Source of the DNA: Candidatus Bathyarchaeota archaeon
Lineage (GTDB): Archaea > Thermoproteota > Bathyarchaeia > 40CM-2-53-6
NCBI GenBank assembly: GCA_963706285.1
Contig: CAVPLU010000008.1
Coordinates: forward strand, 49,210-113,209
Length of the DNA: 64,000 nucleotides
Direction: 5' to 3'
The translations under genes and the position numbers were made by a program. Below the pieces are notes generated by a model, which did not search any database, was not told where the DNA came from, and worked only from the letters and a program-made list of their open reading frames with translations. Positions within the stretch are counted from its first letter, which is position 1. The number at the start of each line of letters is the position of its first letter. This document shows positions 39,575-49,609 of this stretch, piece after piece.

Positions 39575-39863
39575 TCACGTCACAGAACATGAATATGGTT
39601 CGCAATATCATAGCTTTCCAAAGACATCCGCCAAAGAAACGCTCTGATTCTGCAGAATTATGAAAAGGAAGTCGATATTGGCGACTGCCTTCGCCTGGTT
39701 GGCTTAGTCATGACTGGAAAACGGCAAACCTTCATAGCGCGATCCCGCCTGATGATTAGTGCTACAAACCTGGAATGAATAGAGTTCACGACAGAATAGA
39801 AACGAAGCGAGAAACTTGCACGAGGTTTGCACTGGAGCATGAGGGAGGTCATCGCACACAACA

Positions 39864-41747
39864 TTGTCGGTTGAAGTCAGATTCGAACCTGAGGGGCGAA
39901 TCGTTAGAGCTGAGCCCGCTGAGAACCTCCGTATTCTCGCCAATGAAGCTGGAGTATTCATTCGCTCGGACTGCAACGGCGACGGAACTTGCGGAAAATG
40001 CCGCATCGTAATCGCAGAAAATGGGGAGAGTCTGGGAGGGCTCACCGCTTCGGAGCGTGACCTCCTCACGCAGAAGGAGGTTCTGCATGGATACAGGCTT
40101 GCATGCCAAATCTCCGTCAAGGAGAGCATAGTCGTCAGAATCCCGGAAGAGAGTGGTCTGAGGATACGGCAGGTTCAGTCAACCGGGCTTGAGAGAAAGG
40201 TGCGCGTCAACCCGAATGTCAAAAAGGTACATGTGAGAATTCCTCAGCCAACACTCAATGACGTGCTCCCGGACTCTGAGCGTCTGATACTAGCACTGCG
40301 ACATGACGAGCAGTTTTCAGATCTTCGGATTGATCCCGATCTGCTGCCGGCTCTTCCTCGGCTTCTTCGGGAATGCGCATGGGATATCACGGCGGTTCTT
40401 CCAACGCCTGGTCAAGTGTGTGCTTTGGAAAAAGGAGACACAACCTCGCAGATGTACGGATACGCGGTTGATATCGGGACCTCGAAGCTGGTTGGCGTTC
40501 TAATCGATCTCGCAACCGGCGAGACACTTAACACGCTATTCGTTGAGAACCCACAACTCGTCTTCGGCGAGGACATAATGTCCCGCATGTCCTTTGCGAT
40601 GAAAGCGCAGGAGAACTCGCTCAAACTGAAGTCAAGCGTCCTCTCCGCGGTCAATCAGCTACTTGAACGATCCTGTGCAATGGCTCAAATCACACCAAGC
40701 CAAGTCTACGAAGTGGTTGTTGTCGGAAACACGGCGATGCATCACTTTCTTCTCGGCATAGAATCGCGATATCTCGCTCTCTCACCTTACGTCCCAGCTC
40801 TCAAAGGAGCGATAAACCTTCACGCAAAAGATGTCGGAATAATCTCTCATCCTCATGCCAATGTTCACGTGCTTCCATTGATTGCAGGTTACGTTGGCGC
40901 AGACGCGGTTGCAGATGTGCTGGCATCGGGAATATGGAAATCCGACGAGCTCTCATTCCTGCTCGACATAGGCACGAACACTGAACTTTTTGTCGGTACC
41001 AGAAACCACATCGTTTCATGTTCTTGTGCGTCGGGTCCCGCGTTTGAAGGCGCCCACATCAGACATGGAATGAAAGCTGTGCACGGTGCAATAGAGAGAG
41101 TACGGATCGAGCCTTCGACACTGAATGTTGAGTATGAAACAGTTGGTGGTGAAAAGCCGGTCGGGATCTGCGGATCGGGCATACTCGACGCGGTCGCAGA
41201 GTTGCTGAAACACCATGTGATTGACATGAAGGGGAGATTCCAAAAGATCGAAAGCAACCGTCTCATCGAGATTTCGGGCGAGCGAGCCTTCATTCTGGCT
41301 CGAAATGATGAGACCTCTACTGGGGATCCGATCATGGTTACTCAAAAGGACATTGGTGAGGTTCAACTCGCCAAGGCCGCAATTCATGCGGGCTGCTCTG
41401 TTCTCCTGAACCGCGTCGGAGTGAAGGCAACTGACTTGAAGCGTCTCTACATTGCTGGCAGCTTTGGGAACTATGTGAATCCATCAAGTGCAAAGCTTCT
41501 GGGGCTGATTCCTGAGGTTCCTACGGAGATAATCGAGTTTGTCGGGAACACGGCCATTGCAGGAGCTAAGATGTGTCTAACCTCGGCTGAAATGCGTGAG
41601 GAAGCGAAGACGATCGGAGAAGAGGTCAGATATATCGAGCTCGGGGCGGACCCGAGTTTCTCGAAGGATTTTGCCGCATCAATGTATCTGCCGCATCAGG
41701 ATGCGTCGCTCTATCCCGAGACCTGTGCACTGCTTGGGCTGAAGTGA
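39864..41747 (+). CDS. ASKHA ATPase with 2Fe-2S domain (RACo/DUF4445, corrinoid activator)
   Basis: CNGDGTCGKC...RLACQ, VDIGTS, GNTAMHH, DIGTNTE, ASGPAFEG, GICGSG, QLAKAAI, AGSFG. Confidence 0.93.
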   Translation: MSVEVRFEPEGRIVRAEPAENLRILANEAGVFIRSDCNGDGTCGKCRIVIAENGESLGGLTASERDLLTQKEVLHGYRLACQISVKESIVVRIPEESGLRIRQVQSTGLERKVRVNPNVKKVHVRIPQPTLNDVLPDSERLILALRHDEQFSDLRIDPDLLPALPRLLRECAWDITAVLPTPGQVCALEKGDTTSQMYGYAVDIGTSKLVGVLIDLATGETLNTLFVENPQLVFGEDIMSRMSFAMKAQENSLKLKSSVLSAVNQLLERSCAMAQITPSQVYEVVVVGNTAMHHFLLGIESRYLALSPYVPALKGAINLHAKDVGIISHPHANVHVLPLIAGYVGADAVADVLASGIWKSDELSFLLDIGTNTELFVGTRNHIVSCSCASGPAFEGAHIRHGMKAVHGAIERVRIEPSTLNVEYETVGGEKPVGICGSGILDAVAELLKHHVIDMKGRFQKIESNRLIEISGERAFILARNDETSTGDPIMVTQKDIGEVQLAKAAIHAGCSVLLNRVGVKATDLKRLYIAGSFGNYVNPSSAKLLGLIPEVPTEIIEFVGNTAIAGAKMCLTSAEMREEAKTIGEEVRYIELGADPSFSKDFAASMYLPHQDASLYPETCALLGLK

Positions 41748-41763
41748 AGGGTGGAACTTTTCC

Positions 41764-41808
41764 GTTACCATCGGTAACACTTATATTCGAGCCGTTACTA
41801 TTGGTAAC
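41764..41808 (+). promoter_or_regulatory. Two GTTAC-N5-GTAAC operators flanking a TATA box
   Basis: GTTACCATCGGTAAC at 41764-41778, TTATAT at 41781-41786, GTTACTATTGGTAAC at 41794-41808. Confidence 0.7.
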
Positions 41809-41821
41809 GCTTGATATCCCA

Positions 41822-42565
41822 ATGAAGCTCGCCTTCGACACACCCAATCCCAACGAGATAAGACCACGGGATATCATGAACTATGACGAGTTCCGGAGAA
41901 AATTCAGGAAAGACAAAAACGAATCAGAACTCCAACTGGCCGAGAGATTCCATGCCGCAAGGATCCTTTTCGAGAGAGGAAACGATCACGTCTACATAGA
42001 AGTGTCACTCAAAGCGGAAGGAACATCATCCGAGTCAGCAAAGATCAGAGCAGATATTTGTGGCGCCATGAGCGATGAATTCACACTAGTATTCTGCGAG
42101 ATATCTCCACCAGATGATGAACTCCGGCGAAAGCTCAGACTAATCGAGAGAGCGAGCAACGCGCGAGCACTTGTCCTGTATCCCTTCTCAGCTAGCCTAC
42201 CCGCCCCTCCGAGGATCGAAACGGAATACAGGAAGCTGGATGTGGCCCGCGTCCCTTGGCTCGACGAACAAATCGACAACACCTTCCGGGAAGTAATCCA
42301 AATGGTGGAACTGCTCGCAAACCAAACGAGAGTCAGAATGCTCACGCCGCTCTTAGAGAAAGGATTCAAGAAGAGAGACTACCGACGAGTGATAAACCCG
42401 AAGTTGCTGTACGAGAACCTGGCCAGTCTTCTTGAGAGCGGAATCATCAACGAGGCGGAGGACGAAAGCTACAGACTCACACAGTTTGGATCAGACCTAC
42501 TAGGCGAATACTTAGCTTTCTTGGAGCATGTCAGGCGAGTCATCCAACGGGAAACCGATGAATAG
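41822..42565 (+). CDS. Putative transcriptional regulator with C-terminal winged HTH, upstream of hsp20
   Basis: LLANQTRVRMLTPLL...LYENLASLLESGII...YRLTQFG (ArsR-like wHTH). ATG 41822 follows the TATA box. Confidence 0.65.
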   Translation: MKLAFDTPNPNEIRPRDIMNYDEFRRKFRKDKNESELQLAERFHAARILFERGNDHVYIEVSLKAEGTSSESAKIRADICGAMSDEFTLVFCEISPPDDELRRKLRLIERASNARALVLYPFSASLPAPPRIETEYRKLDVARVPWLDEQIDNTFREVIQMVELLANQTRVRMLTPLLEKGFKKRDYRRVINPKLLYENLASLLESGIINEAEDESYRLTQFGSDLLGEYLAFLEHVRRVIQRETDE

Positions 42566-42585
42566 AGAGGAGGTGAATCACAGAC

Positions 42586-43200
42586 ATGTCTGATTGGGAC
42601 GATGATATGCCAGAATGGCCTTTCTCAAGGAAGAGACGAGGCATGTCCCCGTTCTTCTCCCCTGAACGATGGTTCGGGCAATTCGACGAGATGTTCGAGC
42701 GAATGTTCAAGGACATGACGAGAGACCTGCCGAAAGAGGCAGTAAAAGAGCGGAAAATGCCCGATGGCAGCACAGTCCGAGAATTTGGCCCGTTCATATA
42801 CGGCTACTCTATGACTATGGGCCCCGATGGAAAGCCCGTCGTCAGAGAGTTCGGGAACGTGAAACCATCGCACAGACGAGGCATGTTCGGCCTCCCCGAA
42901 GCGAAACTGGAACCGAGCGATGCCCGCGAGCCGCTAGTTGACGTCGTAGACGACTCAGAAAGCATAAGAGTCGTGGCCGAGCTGCCGGGGGTTGACAAGA
43001 AAGACATCCAAATGAAATGCGCAGACGATGCGCTAACGATCTCAGTGAACTCACCGTCAAGAAAGTACCACAAAGAAGTTCAGCTACCCACTGTAGTGGA
43101 TCCTGACACATCCAAGGCAACATACAACAACGGCGTACTCGAAGTGCTGCTCCGAAAGGCCAAGCCGAGACCTCGCGGCAAGGAAATTCGAATAGAATAG
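42586..43200 (+). CDS. hsp20: Archaeal small heat shock protein Hsp20
   Basis: GPFIYGYSMTMGPDGKPVVREFGNV, EPLVDV, AELPGV, ATYNNGVLEV; GGAGGTGA RBS. Confidence 0.95.
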   Translation: MSDWDDDMPEWPFSRKRRGMSPFFSPERWFGQFDEMFERMFKDMTRDLPKEAVKERKMPDGSTVREFGPFIYGYSMTMGPDGKPVVREFGNVKPSHRRGMFGLPEAKLEPSDAREPLVDVVDDSESIRVVAELPGVDKKDIQMKCADDALTISVNSPSRKYHKEVQLPTVVDPDTSKATYNNGVLEVLLRKAKPRPRGKEIRIE

Positions 43201-43209
43201 ACGCATATT

Positions 43210-43245
43210 GGGCGGAATCGAATCCCGCCCTCATCCCTTTTTTCT
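43210..43245 (+). terminator. Hairpin plus T-tract after hsp20
   Basis: GGGCGG-N9-CCGCCC followed by CCCTTTTTT. Confidence 0.6.
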
Positions 43246-43436
43246 CCGAATCATTCTTGGCAGTCGCACGTTCTACGTCTAGGAGAGCGACAGTTTGTTC
43301 AGGGTCAAGCCCTCACTGCAGGCGAAAACAGCTTCTGATTACTATTCCCAAACATGATCCCCAAGTAGAAGTTCTTAAGTCCCGAACCATTGGACGCCTC
43401 TAACGCTGCTACACCTCTACAAAGGAGAAACAACCT

Positions 43437-44018
43437 GTGTTTGATCTGAAGATAGCAGTCGATCTTGATGGCGTCCTCGCGGAAGCGATGATCGGCTGGT
43501 GTGAGTTGTACAATAAGCGCCACGGCCAGTCACTATCATTGGAAGACATACGTGCATGGGATGTCTGGAAGCTCGTCAAGATCCAAAGGGACGAATTCTT
43601 CAGATTATTGGACGATGCTTGGTTGCAGTGGGAACGAATACCCCTAACGGAGCAAGATGCTGCAGAGCAAGTCAAGCTCCTCCACGATTTCGGAACCGTA
43701 GACGTAGTCACGGGGAGAAGCGCTCGAACTGTCGCATCGGCGAAGGAATGGTTGAAGTCTCATTCAATTCCTTACGACAGATTCGTCAGAACTGAATCCA
43801 CCATAGCAAAGATACGACTAGACTATGATGTCTTTGTAGATGACTCCCCGGCGCTGATGGAACATATAGCATCAAAATCCACGGCCTTGGGCATACTCTA
43901 CACGAGGCCCTGGAACGTTGACACGCAGATACCCACGGTTGTACGTAGAGTCATCAGATGGGCCGAGGTTCCTCCAATAGTTCGTGCCGTCAGCAAGAGA
44001 TCCCGTACTAGTCTTTGA
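43437..44018 (+). CDS. HAD-family 5'(3')-deoxyribonucleotidase-like protein
   Basis: IAVDLDGVLA, VVTGR, FVDDSP, RPWN. Confidence 0.82.
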   Translation: MFDLKIAVDLDGVLAEAMIGWCELYNKRHGQSLSLEDIRAWDVWKLVKIQRDEFFRLLDDAWLQWERIPLTEQDAAEQVKLLHDFGTVDVVTGRSARTVASAKEWLKSHSIPYDRFVRTESTIAKIRLDYDVFVDDSPALMEHIASKSTALGILYTRPWNVDTQIPTVVRRVIRWAEVPPIVRAVSKRSRTSL

Positions 44019-44086
44019 TTCTGTTGTCACCTCAAGATCGCCCTTCAGGAGGCGAGGATCAGAGGACACAGGCGAAGTGGTAGGCA

Positions 44087-44755
44087 ATGGTGAAGAAAGT
44101 CATTCTCTCTTGGAGTGGTGGCAAGGATAGTGCAATGGCCTTCATGGAACTCTCCCGTGACTCGCGTTACAAGATCGAATCATTGTTAACAACGGTTACT
44201 GCAGGTTACGATCGCATCAGCATGCATGGGGTCCGCGTTTCTCTACTTGAGGAACAGGCCGATTCGCTGGGCCTTCCGCTCATTAAGGTCGCGATTCCTC
44301 AAGGGTCGAGTAACGAGCAGTACGAGTCAGCGATGCGAAAGGTACTGGTTGGCGCTCAGGCGAAAGGAGTGACAGCGGTCGCATTCGGGGACCTCTTCCT
44401 AGAAGATGTTCGACGATATCGTGAAGAGAAGCTGTCCCAAATAGGCATGGCCGCGGTATTCCCTATCTGGAAGAGAAACACGCGCGAGCTAGCTAGTAGT
44501 TTTCTCAAGGCTGGATTCAAAGCGATTCTAGTCTGCGTCGATTCGAATTCTCTGGACCAATCGTTTGCCGGACGAGCCTTTGATGAGTCGCTATTAGCAG
44601 ATTTGCCTCGGAGCGTCGACCCGTGCGGGGAAAACGGTGAGTTCCACACGTTCGTCTACGCTGGGCCGATCTTCGATCACCCGATCTCCATTCGTCTTGG
44701 AGAGACTGTGCTACGAGAGAATCGCTTCTGGTTTTGTGATTTGTTGCCGGGATAA
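44087..44755 (+). CDS. PP-loop ATPase, diphthine-ammonia ligase/MJ0570-related
   Basis: SWSGGKDS, FGDLFLED, DPCGENGEFHTFV. Confidence 0.88.
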   Translation: MVKKVILSWSGGKDSAMAFMELSRDSRYKIESLLTTVTAGYDRISMHGVRVSLLEEQADSLGLPLIKVAIPQGSSNEQYESAMRKVLVGAQAKGVTAVAFGDLFLEDVRRYREEKLSQIGMAAVFPIWKRNTRELASSFLKAGFKAILVCVDSNSLDQSFAGRAFDESLLADLPRSVDPCGENGEFHTFVYAGPIFDHPISIRLGETVLRENRFWFCDLLPG

Positions 44756-44795
44756 GGTTACACGACCTCAACCAAGAATTCGTCGGCGTAGCCAT

Positions 44796-45359
44796 CTATT
44801 TCGCTGCATTGTGGTGGACGAGCTGTCTGACTCTGCTGATGAGGGTCGGTCCTATGGCGAACATTAGGACTGCTGTGGTGAGTTCGTGAAGGAACCCGAA
44901 AGGATACACGATCGCAAATCCGGTAAGGAATGGTACGTAGAGCATCAGGATAGCGATCCACCAATTGTATCCGAAGATCCAAGCCGGAATCACAGATGTG
45001 GCCACATCATAGATCGCGGTCAACAGAAATCCGCCAACGGCAAGTTCAGCTCTCGTAAGGACAACTCGCCTGCTCCAGAGAAGTCCGGCAAGAAATCCAA
45101 TGGCTCCCATAGACCCCGAGCCGATGATCGTCCAGTATCCTGCTCCAAAGTAAAGGTCGCTGATAAGCATCGACATGAAACCCACGACAAATCCGGTGAC
45201 CTGACCTCCGATGATGCCTGCAGTCAGACAGAGAAATGCAACTGGCTTCACGTTTGGTGGTCCACCGGCCAGCACCACTCTAGTTGCAACATTGAGGCCG
45301 GTCAAGGACGCCATGAGGGTCAGGCTTCTCGTGAATGATGTGCTGGCTTTGGGTTTCAA
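44796..45359 (-). CDS. ECF transporter S component (CbrT-like)
   Basis: PNVKPV, MLISDLYFGAGYWT, about 6 TM helices. Start approximate. Confidence 0.75.
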   Translation of the reverse strand: MKPKASTSFTRSLTLMASLTGLNVATRVVLAGGPPNVKPVAFLCLTAGIIGGQVTGFVVGFMSMLISDLYFGAGYWTIIGSGSMGAIGFLAGLLWSRRVVLTRAELAVGGFLLTAIYDVATSVIPAWIFGYNWWIAILMLYVPFLTGFAIVYPFGFLHELTTAVLMFAIGPTLISRVRQLVHHNAAK

Positions 45360-45398
45360 TTGGCGTCTCGCGACCAGTCGGAAGCCATAAAAGCCATG

Positions 45399-45414
45399 TA
45401 GGTTAATTAACCTA
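45399..45414. promoter_or_regulatory. Perfect 16-bp palindrome between divergent genes
   Basis: TAGGTTAATTAACCTA. Confidence 0.5.
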
Positions 45415-45433
45415 GCCTCACTCCGGTGGAAAT

Positions 45434-46246
45434 ATGAAGAGACAGTCATCATTTGTAGCCTGCTATTTGATCATGATCGGCTTGACAATCGTACTTGCTG
45501 GCGTTGCGTCGATCCATGCGGTGACTCTACAAGAGCAAGCAAATGTGGCAGTCAATATTGGCATAAACTACGGAACAGGACCGATCGAATGGCACAACAA
45601 TACAGCCGTTCCTCGGAGCGAGAGCCTGTTGAACGCGACCATGAGGGTCTCAGCGGTGGAATTCTCAAGCTACCCAGGCTTGGGTGCATTCGTCACAGGC
45701 ATAAATGGCGTGCTTCAGAACCCCGCAGCCAACTTGTACTGGACGTTCTGGGTGTACAATCAACAGAGCCGACAGTATGAACTTCCTCCTGTGGGAGCGA
45801 GCGCGTATCTACTGACATCGGATCAAACAGTTCAGTGGTACTACTCCAGTGGCATCCTCGGACCGGGAACTTCCGTTTCAGTCAATGCTAGACTAGACAC
45901 TTCAACGGATCCTCCGACGGCGGTGATCTCGGGCGCAATCCATCCGATTCCCAGCGGTCCTGTGAACGTGACTCTTGAGTACAGCCAGAATCAGGGTGCC
46001 AACTACCAAGAAATCGCTCGCATCACAACGTCGGCCGACGGGACTTTCACCTATTCTTGGAAACTTGCAGGCAGCGGAGTGTTCATGATAAGAGCCGATG
46101 CACAGGGCGTGAAGAGTTCCCCGGTCTCAATTGCAGGTAGCGGCGGTGTTCCAGGATTCCCCTTGGAGTCATTGTTTGTGGGAAGCGCGTTAGGCCTGCT
46201 GTTCTTGATCGTGCGACGCAGACAGCGGCTTCTCGCTACCGCATAA
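45434..46246 (+). CDS. DUF4430 (transcobalamin-like) surface protein with PGF-type C-terminal anchor
   Basis: GAFVTGINGV...YWTFWVY...VGASAY...VQWYY; VPGF-TM-RRR. Confidence 0.75.
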   Translation: MKRQSSFVACYLIMIGLTIVLAGVASIHAVTLQEQANVAVNIGINYGTGPIEWHNNTAVPRSESLLNATMRVSAVEFSSYPGLGAFVTGINGVLQNPAANLYWTFWVYNQQSRQYELPPVGASAYLLTSDQTVQWYYSSGILGPGTSVSVNARLDTSTDPPTAVISGAIHPIPSGPVNVTLEYSQNQGANYQEIARITTSADGTFTYSWKLAGSGVFMIRADAQGVKSSPVSIAGSGGVPGFPLESLFVGSALGLLFLIVRRRQRLLATA

Positions 46247-46304
46247 TGCAGGCATTGTCAAAAAGCATCTTTTCGATTATCTGGTGCTTCATCAGGTCAT
46301 GATG

Positions 46305-46898
46305 CTACTCACGAGGTCTTTCATTCCCCTTGCGATCCTTGAAGCGTTCCTCATTCGAGACGTTACCTCTCTCATGATATCCGCGAGCTTCCCAGTAACC
46401 ATCCTCATAATCTTCCATGAATTCGATCTTCGTAAGCCATTTCGCGCTCTTCCAAGCATAGAGGTGGGGAATGAAGGATCGAGCGGGAAAGCCCTGTTCA
46501 ATCGCAATAGGCTCGCCGTTCATCCTGATGGCTATCATGGAGTCTTCGACCATGGCATCTACAAGTGGTACTGGCGTGGCGTACCCGTCCGCACAATGAA
46601 ACATGACCCATCTGGCTTCAGGCCTAACCCTGGCAAGATTCGCGAGCTCACGGAACCGTACTCCTTCCCAAACAACATCCTTGATTGACCAGTGAGTCAC
46701 GCAATGGAAATCTCTCGTCAGCTTCAATTGTGGTAGGCGTTCCAGCTCTTCGAAAGAAAGCTTGAGCTCATTCTCAATGCACCCGGAGATCAGCAGTCGC
46801 CATGTCTCGCGTTTGATTCTTGGTTCTCCGAGCGCTGAATAGATGACAAACTGCTTCGCATAGGATTGGCCGGGGGCCGTCGGAATTTGAGCAGCCAT
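46305..46898 (-). CDS. Cytoplasmic sulfite oxidase-like molybdopterin oxidoreductase
   Basis: PGQ, DFHCVTHWS, WEGV, GFPAR, LYAWKSAKW, GYWEARGYH. Confidence 0.9.
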   Translation of the reverse strand: MAAQIPTAPGQSYAKQFVIYSALGEPRIKRETWRLLISGCIENELKLSFEELERLPQLKLTRDFHCVTHWSIKDVVWEGVRFRELANLARVRPEARWVMFHCADGYATPVPLVDAMVEDSMIAIRMNGEPIAIEQGFPARSFIPHLYAWKSAKWLTKIEFMEDYEDGYWEARGYHERGNVSNEERFKDRKGNERPRE

Positions 46899-47146
46899 GA
46901 GCTCGATCAACCCCAATGAGTCCAGTTTCTGTTCCGCACAATATGAGCGTTCTTCTGCAGTGTTGCCGCAAATTCCGAGCATGCTACCATGAGGATCCCT
47001 CCTGAAGAAGCACGTGGAAAGTCGTCGAGCATGTCAGAAAGATGTTTCGACGGTTGTTTTTCACCCAAATCTACCGCGACCCATGGCATCGCAGAGGTTT
47101 TCACTACGGAAGTTCAATAGAGTAGAAGTGGATCAGAGGGTATGAT

Positions 47147-47899
47147 ATGAAGGCAATTCCGCAATTGACGGCAGAAGGGAATGTTCTTCCCGAATCATGG
47201 GAGAAGAGTCTGCTCCTCCTTCGTGAGCAAGGCATCAAGTCCCGCAAAGAGTCGTACACGAACAAGAGCGGGGTTGACGAGATACTGGAATCCTCGATGA
47301 AGATTATTGTGAATGAGCCTTTGAAAGAACCGAGAATTCATGTGGGCTGCGAGGGGCTGATGAGTCTTTCAGCGTATGTCGACGAAGTACTCTATGGTAC
47401 CAAAGATTCTTCGATCGGGCGAGGTTGGGACTACACGTACCATCAGCGCCTATTCGAGTACGAGCAGACAGGGCAGAAGATGGATCAAATCAATCAAATC
47501 ATCAACAAACTGAAAACAACATCCTTCTCGAATCGGGCCCAAGCCATCACGTGGATGCCTTGGAGAGACTACGACGTCGCAGGCCCTCCGTGTCTTCAAC
47601 GGATCTGGTGCAAGATAGTTGATGATGAGTGGCTTGAGATGCACACTAGCTGGAGAAGCAGGGACGCGTACAACGCCGCATTCATGAACATTTACGCGAT
47701 AACGCTTCTCCAGAAGATGATAGCTGACAAGATCGGCATCAAAGTTGGACGATATGTGGATGACAGCGACAGCTACCACGTCTACGATAGGAACTACAAG
47801 GGGCTTCAGCATTTTGCCTCTGCTGTGGAAGCGTCAAAAAGAAGCGGCCGACCGAGTTGGATGCCGAGCGACTCGCTGAAGATCTTCTCGAAGAAGTAA
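47147..47899 (+). CDS. thyA: Archaeal-type thymidylate synthase
   Basis: YTYHQRL, NRAQAITW, PPCLQ, WRSRD..AAFMN, SYHVY. Confidence 0.8.
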   Translation: MKAIPQLTAEGNVLPESWEKSLLLLREQGIKSRKESYTNKSGVDEILESSMKIIVNEPLKEPRIHVGCEGLMSLSAYVDEVLYGTKDSSIGRGWDYTYHQRLFEYEQTGQKMDQINQIINKLKTTSFSNRAQAITWMPWRDYDVAGPPCLQRIWCKIVDDEWLEMHTSWRSRDAYNAAFMNIYAITLLQKMIADKIGIKVGRYVDDSDSYHVYDRNYKGLQHFASAVEASKRSGRPSWMPSDSLKIFSKK

Positions 47900-47977
47900 C
47901 TTTCGCCCTGCCCTTCTAGATCGAAAGTAGAGAGACGCATTCGATTCAGCTATACCATTGTGTTATTGGTTGGTCGT

Positions 47978-48283
47978 TCATCTTGAACCGATAGCTTCCA
48001 AGAATGTGCTCTCATCAATTCCGATGATTTCCAGTGTCTTGAGATTGGAAGTCAGCCCTGCGATTATTCGAACTTGTGAGCTCGGTTTCTTCAGTTTCTT
48101 TGAGAGCCATTTGACGATCTCCCGGTTTGCTTTACCTTTGATTGGAGGTGCATGAACACGCATCATTAGGCTTCCATCAATGTCCATCAAAATCCCGGTC
48201 TCTTTGGCGTTGGGCACGACGTGGACTACGATTCGAATACCATCATCGACCTTCGCTATCAACGGTCTCGAATCATGCTTCAT
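47978..48283 (-). CDS. DUF167 (UPF0235) protein
   Basis: VVPNAK, APPIKGKANRE, IIAGLTS. Confidence 0.88.
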   Translation of the reverse strand: MKHDSRPLIAKVDDGIRIVVHVVPNAKETGILMDIDGSLMMRVHAPPIKGKANREIVKWLSKKLKKPSSQVRIIAGLTSNLKTLEIIGIDESTFLEAIGSR

Positions 48284-48386
48284 AGTTCACCGCCACCTTG
48301 CCTTTTCTTCTCATTTCTTTTCACGAGTGCCATGCGAGAACGAACTGATTTGATGTGGATATTCGACCTTACTTGATGCGCCGTAG

Positions 48387-49409
48387 TCAGTGGTGCGGAG
48401 AAGCGAGATGTTTCATAGCTTCCAGCGCAGTCCGTAGTGATCTTTGTTCAGCAAGGATCTTGATCTTCTTTGATTCTGCGAAAGACGCACCTGGCACGAG
48501 ACCCACTATAGCGGTTATCATGCCGAAGTGTGCACCGTTCTTTCGCGCCGATACGGCAATGGCTGAGAGTTCCATCTCGGTAGAGCGGCAGTCATTCCTG
48601 CGACAGAGGTCAAGGAAGACTTCCTCGTTCAGTTCAGCGTAAAGAGAGTCTTTGGTCATGTTCCCGCCTCTGTGATAAGCTTCAGCAGCGATTCGTCGTC
48701 CTGCATTGTCCAAAGCTTCCACTACATCCATGCTGCACTCTACCCTAGGATGTCCCTCAGAAGTGATGGTGAACTCCGAGCCCAGTTCCATCCACCGTTT
48801 TCTGAATTGTTCGAGGGCTTCCGCGTTCCAGAAATCCAAGCGTGCAAGTGATTGGATTACTGCTCCAGTCGCCCCGATTGTGTGTGTCGCGTTGACAATA
48901 TCGCCTAGCTCGATCTTCGGTTTTCTATCGCAGTTGATGCCTCCTGCTGTGCCCACGCGGATTACGATCTTGTGTGGCAGGGTGATCCTGCGATTCCCCA
49001 CTCGATACCTAGTGTTGGTCAGCTCGTCTGAGAGCACCTCATTCATGATGATCTGAGTCGCAGGTGCTCCCATCTGTGTCTCTACGACTAAGACCGGAAT
49101 CGACGGTGAAACCAGCCCAATCGCCATGGCCACGCGGCCGAGCTCTGGAACCGAAGTCAGATCTTTCTGAGAGACACGTTTGCGAAGCAATCTAGCCGCA
49201 GTCTCGGGAAGAAGAATTGGCTTGGTGAGTCTACGCGCGATTGTGTAGACGCGTCGTCGATCTCCCACAGCTAAGATAAGAGGAGGTGCGCGGCCCTCAT
49301 TCTCTCTAAGGTAGCGAACGCGCGTCCACACTCTTGGCTCGTCGATCAAGTAGGAGAGGGTTGAATGACGACCAAGATAGTGAGAGACATCGGAGCTATG
49401 CGCACTCAA
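48387..49409 (-). CDS. Nucleoside (uridine) phosphorylase-like protein
   Basis: VGDRRRV, TQMGAP, IRVGTAGG, DSLY, TEMELSA. Confidence 0.75.
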   Translation of the reverse strand: MSAHSSDVSHYLGRHSTLSYLIDEPRVWTRVRYLRENEGRAPPLILAVGDRRRVYTIARRLTKPILLPETAARLLRKRVSQKDLTSVPELGRVAMAIGLVSPSIPVLVVETQMGAPATQIIMNEVLSDELTNTRYRVGNRRITLPHKIVIRVGTAGGINCDRKPKIELGDIVNATHTIGATGAVIQSLARLDFWNAEALEQFRKRWMELGSEFTITSEGHPRVECSMDVVEALDNAGRRIAAEAYHRGGNMTKDSLYAELNEEVFLDLCRRNDCRSTEMELSAIAVSARKNGAHFGMITAIVGLVPGASFAESKKIKILAEQRSLRTALEAMKHLASPHH

Positions 49410-49609
49410 CTATGACACTCCGCATTCAATTCGATCTTCGAGTTGAAATGGATAACGGGTGAATGAGATGTTTCTGTTCTATTCGCGATTAGATTGCGTT
49501 TTGTCGGCCGGGAAACTCCGTACGGAACGACTCAAAGGAGTTCCCGATATGCCGAGTGGGACGCTTGGCAATTGAGAATTGCGATGTTAGTTCGTGATAT
49601 TCTTTGGTG

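Noticed and set aside
47147-47899. Thymidylate synthase homolog as a phage-type base-modification enzyme
   Set aside because: It retains the dUMP-specifying Asn (AAFMN) and has no modification or viral genes nearby.
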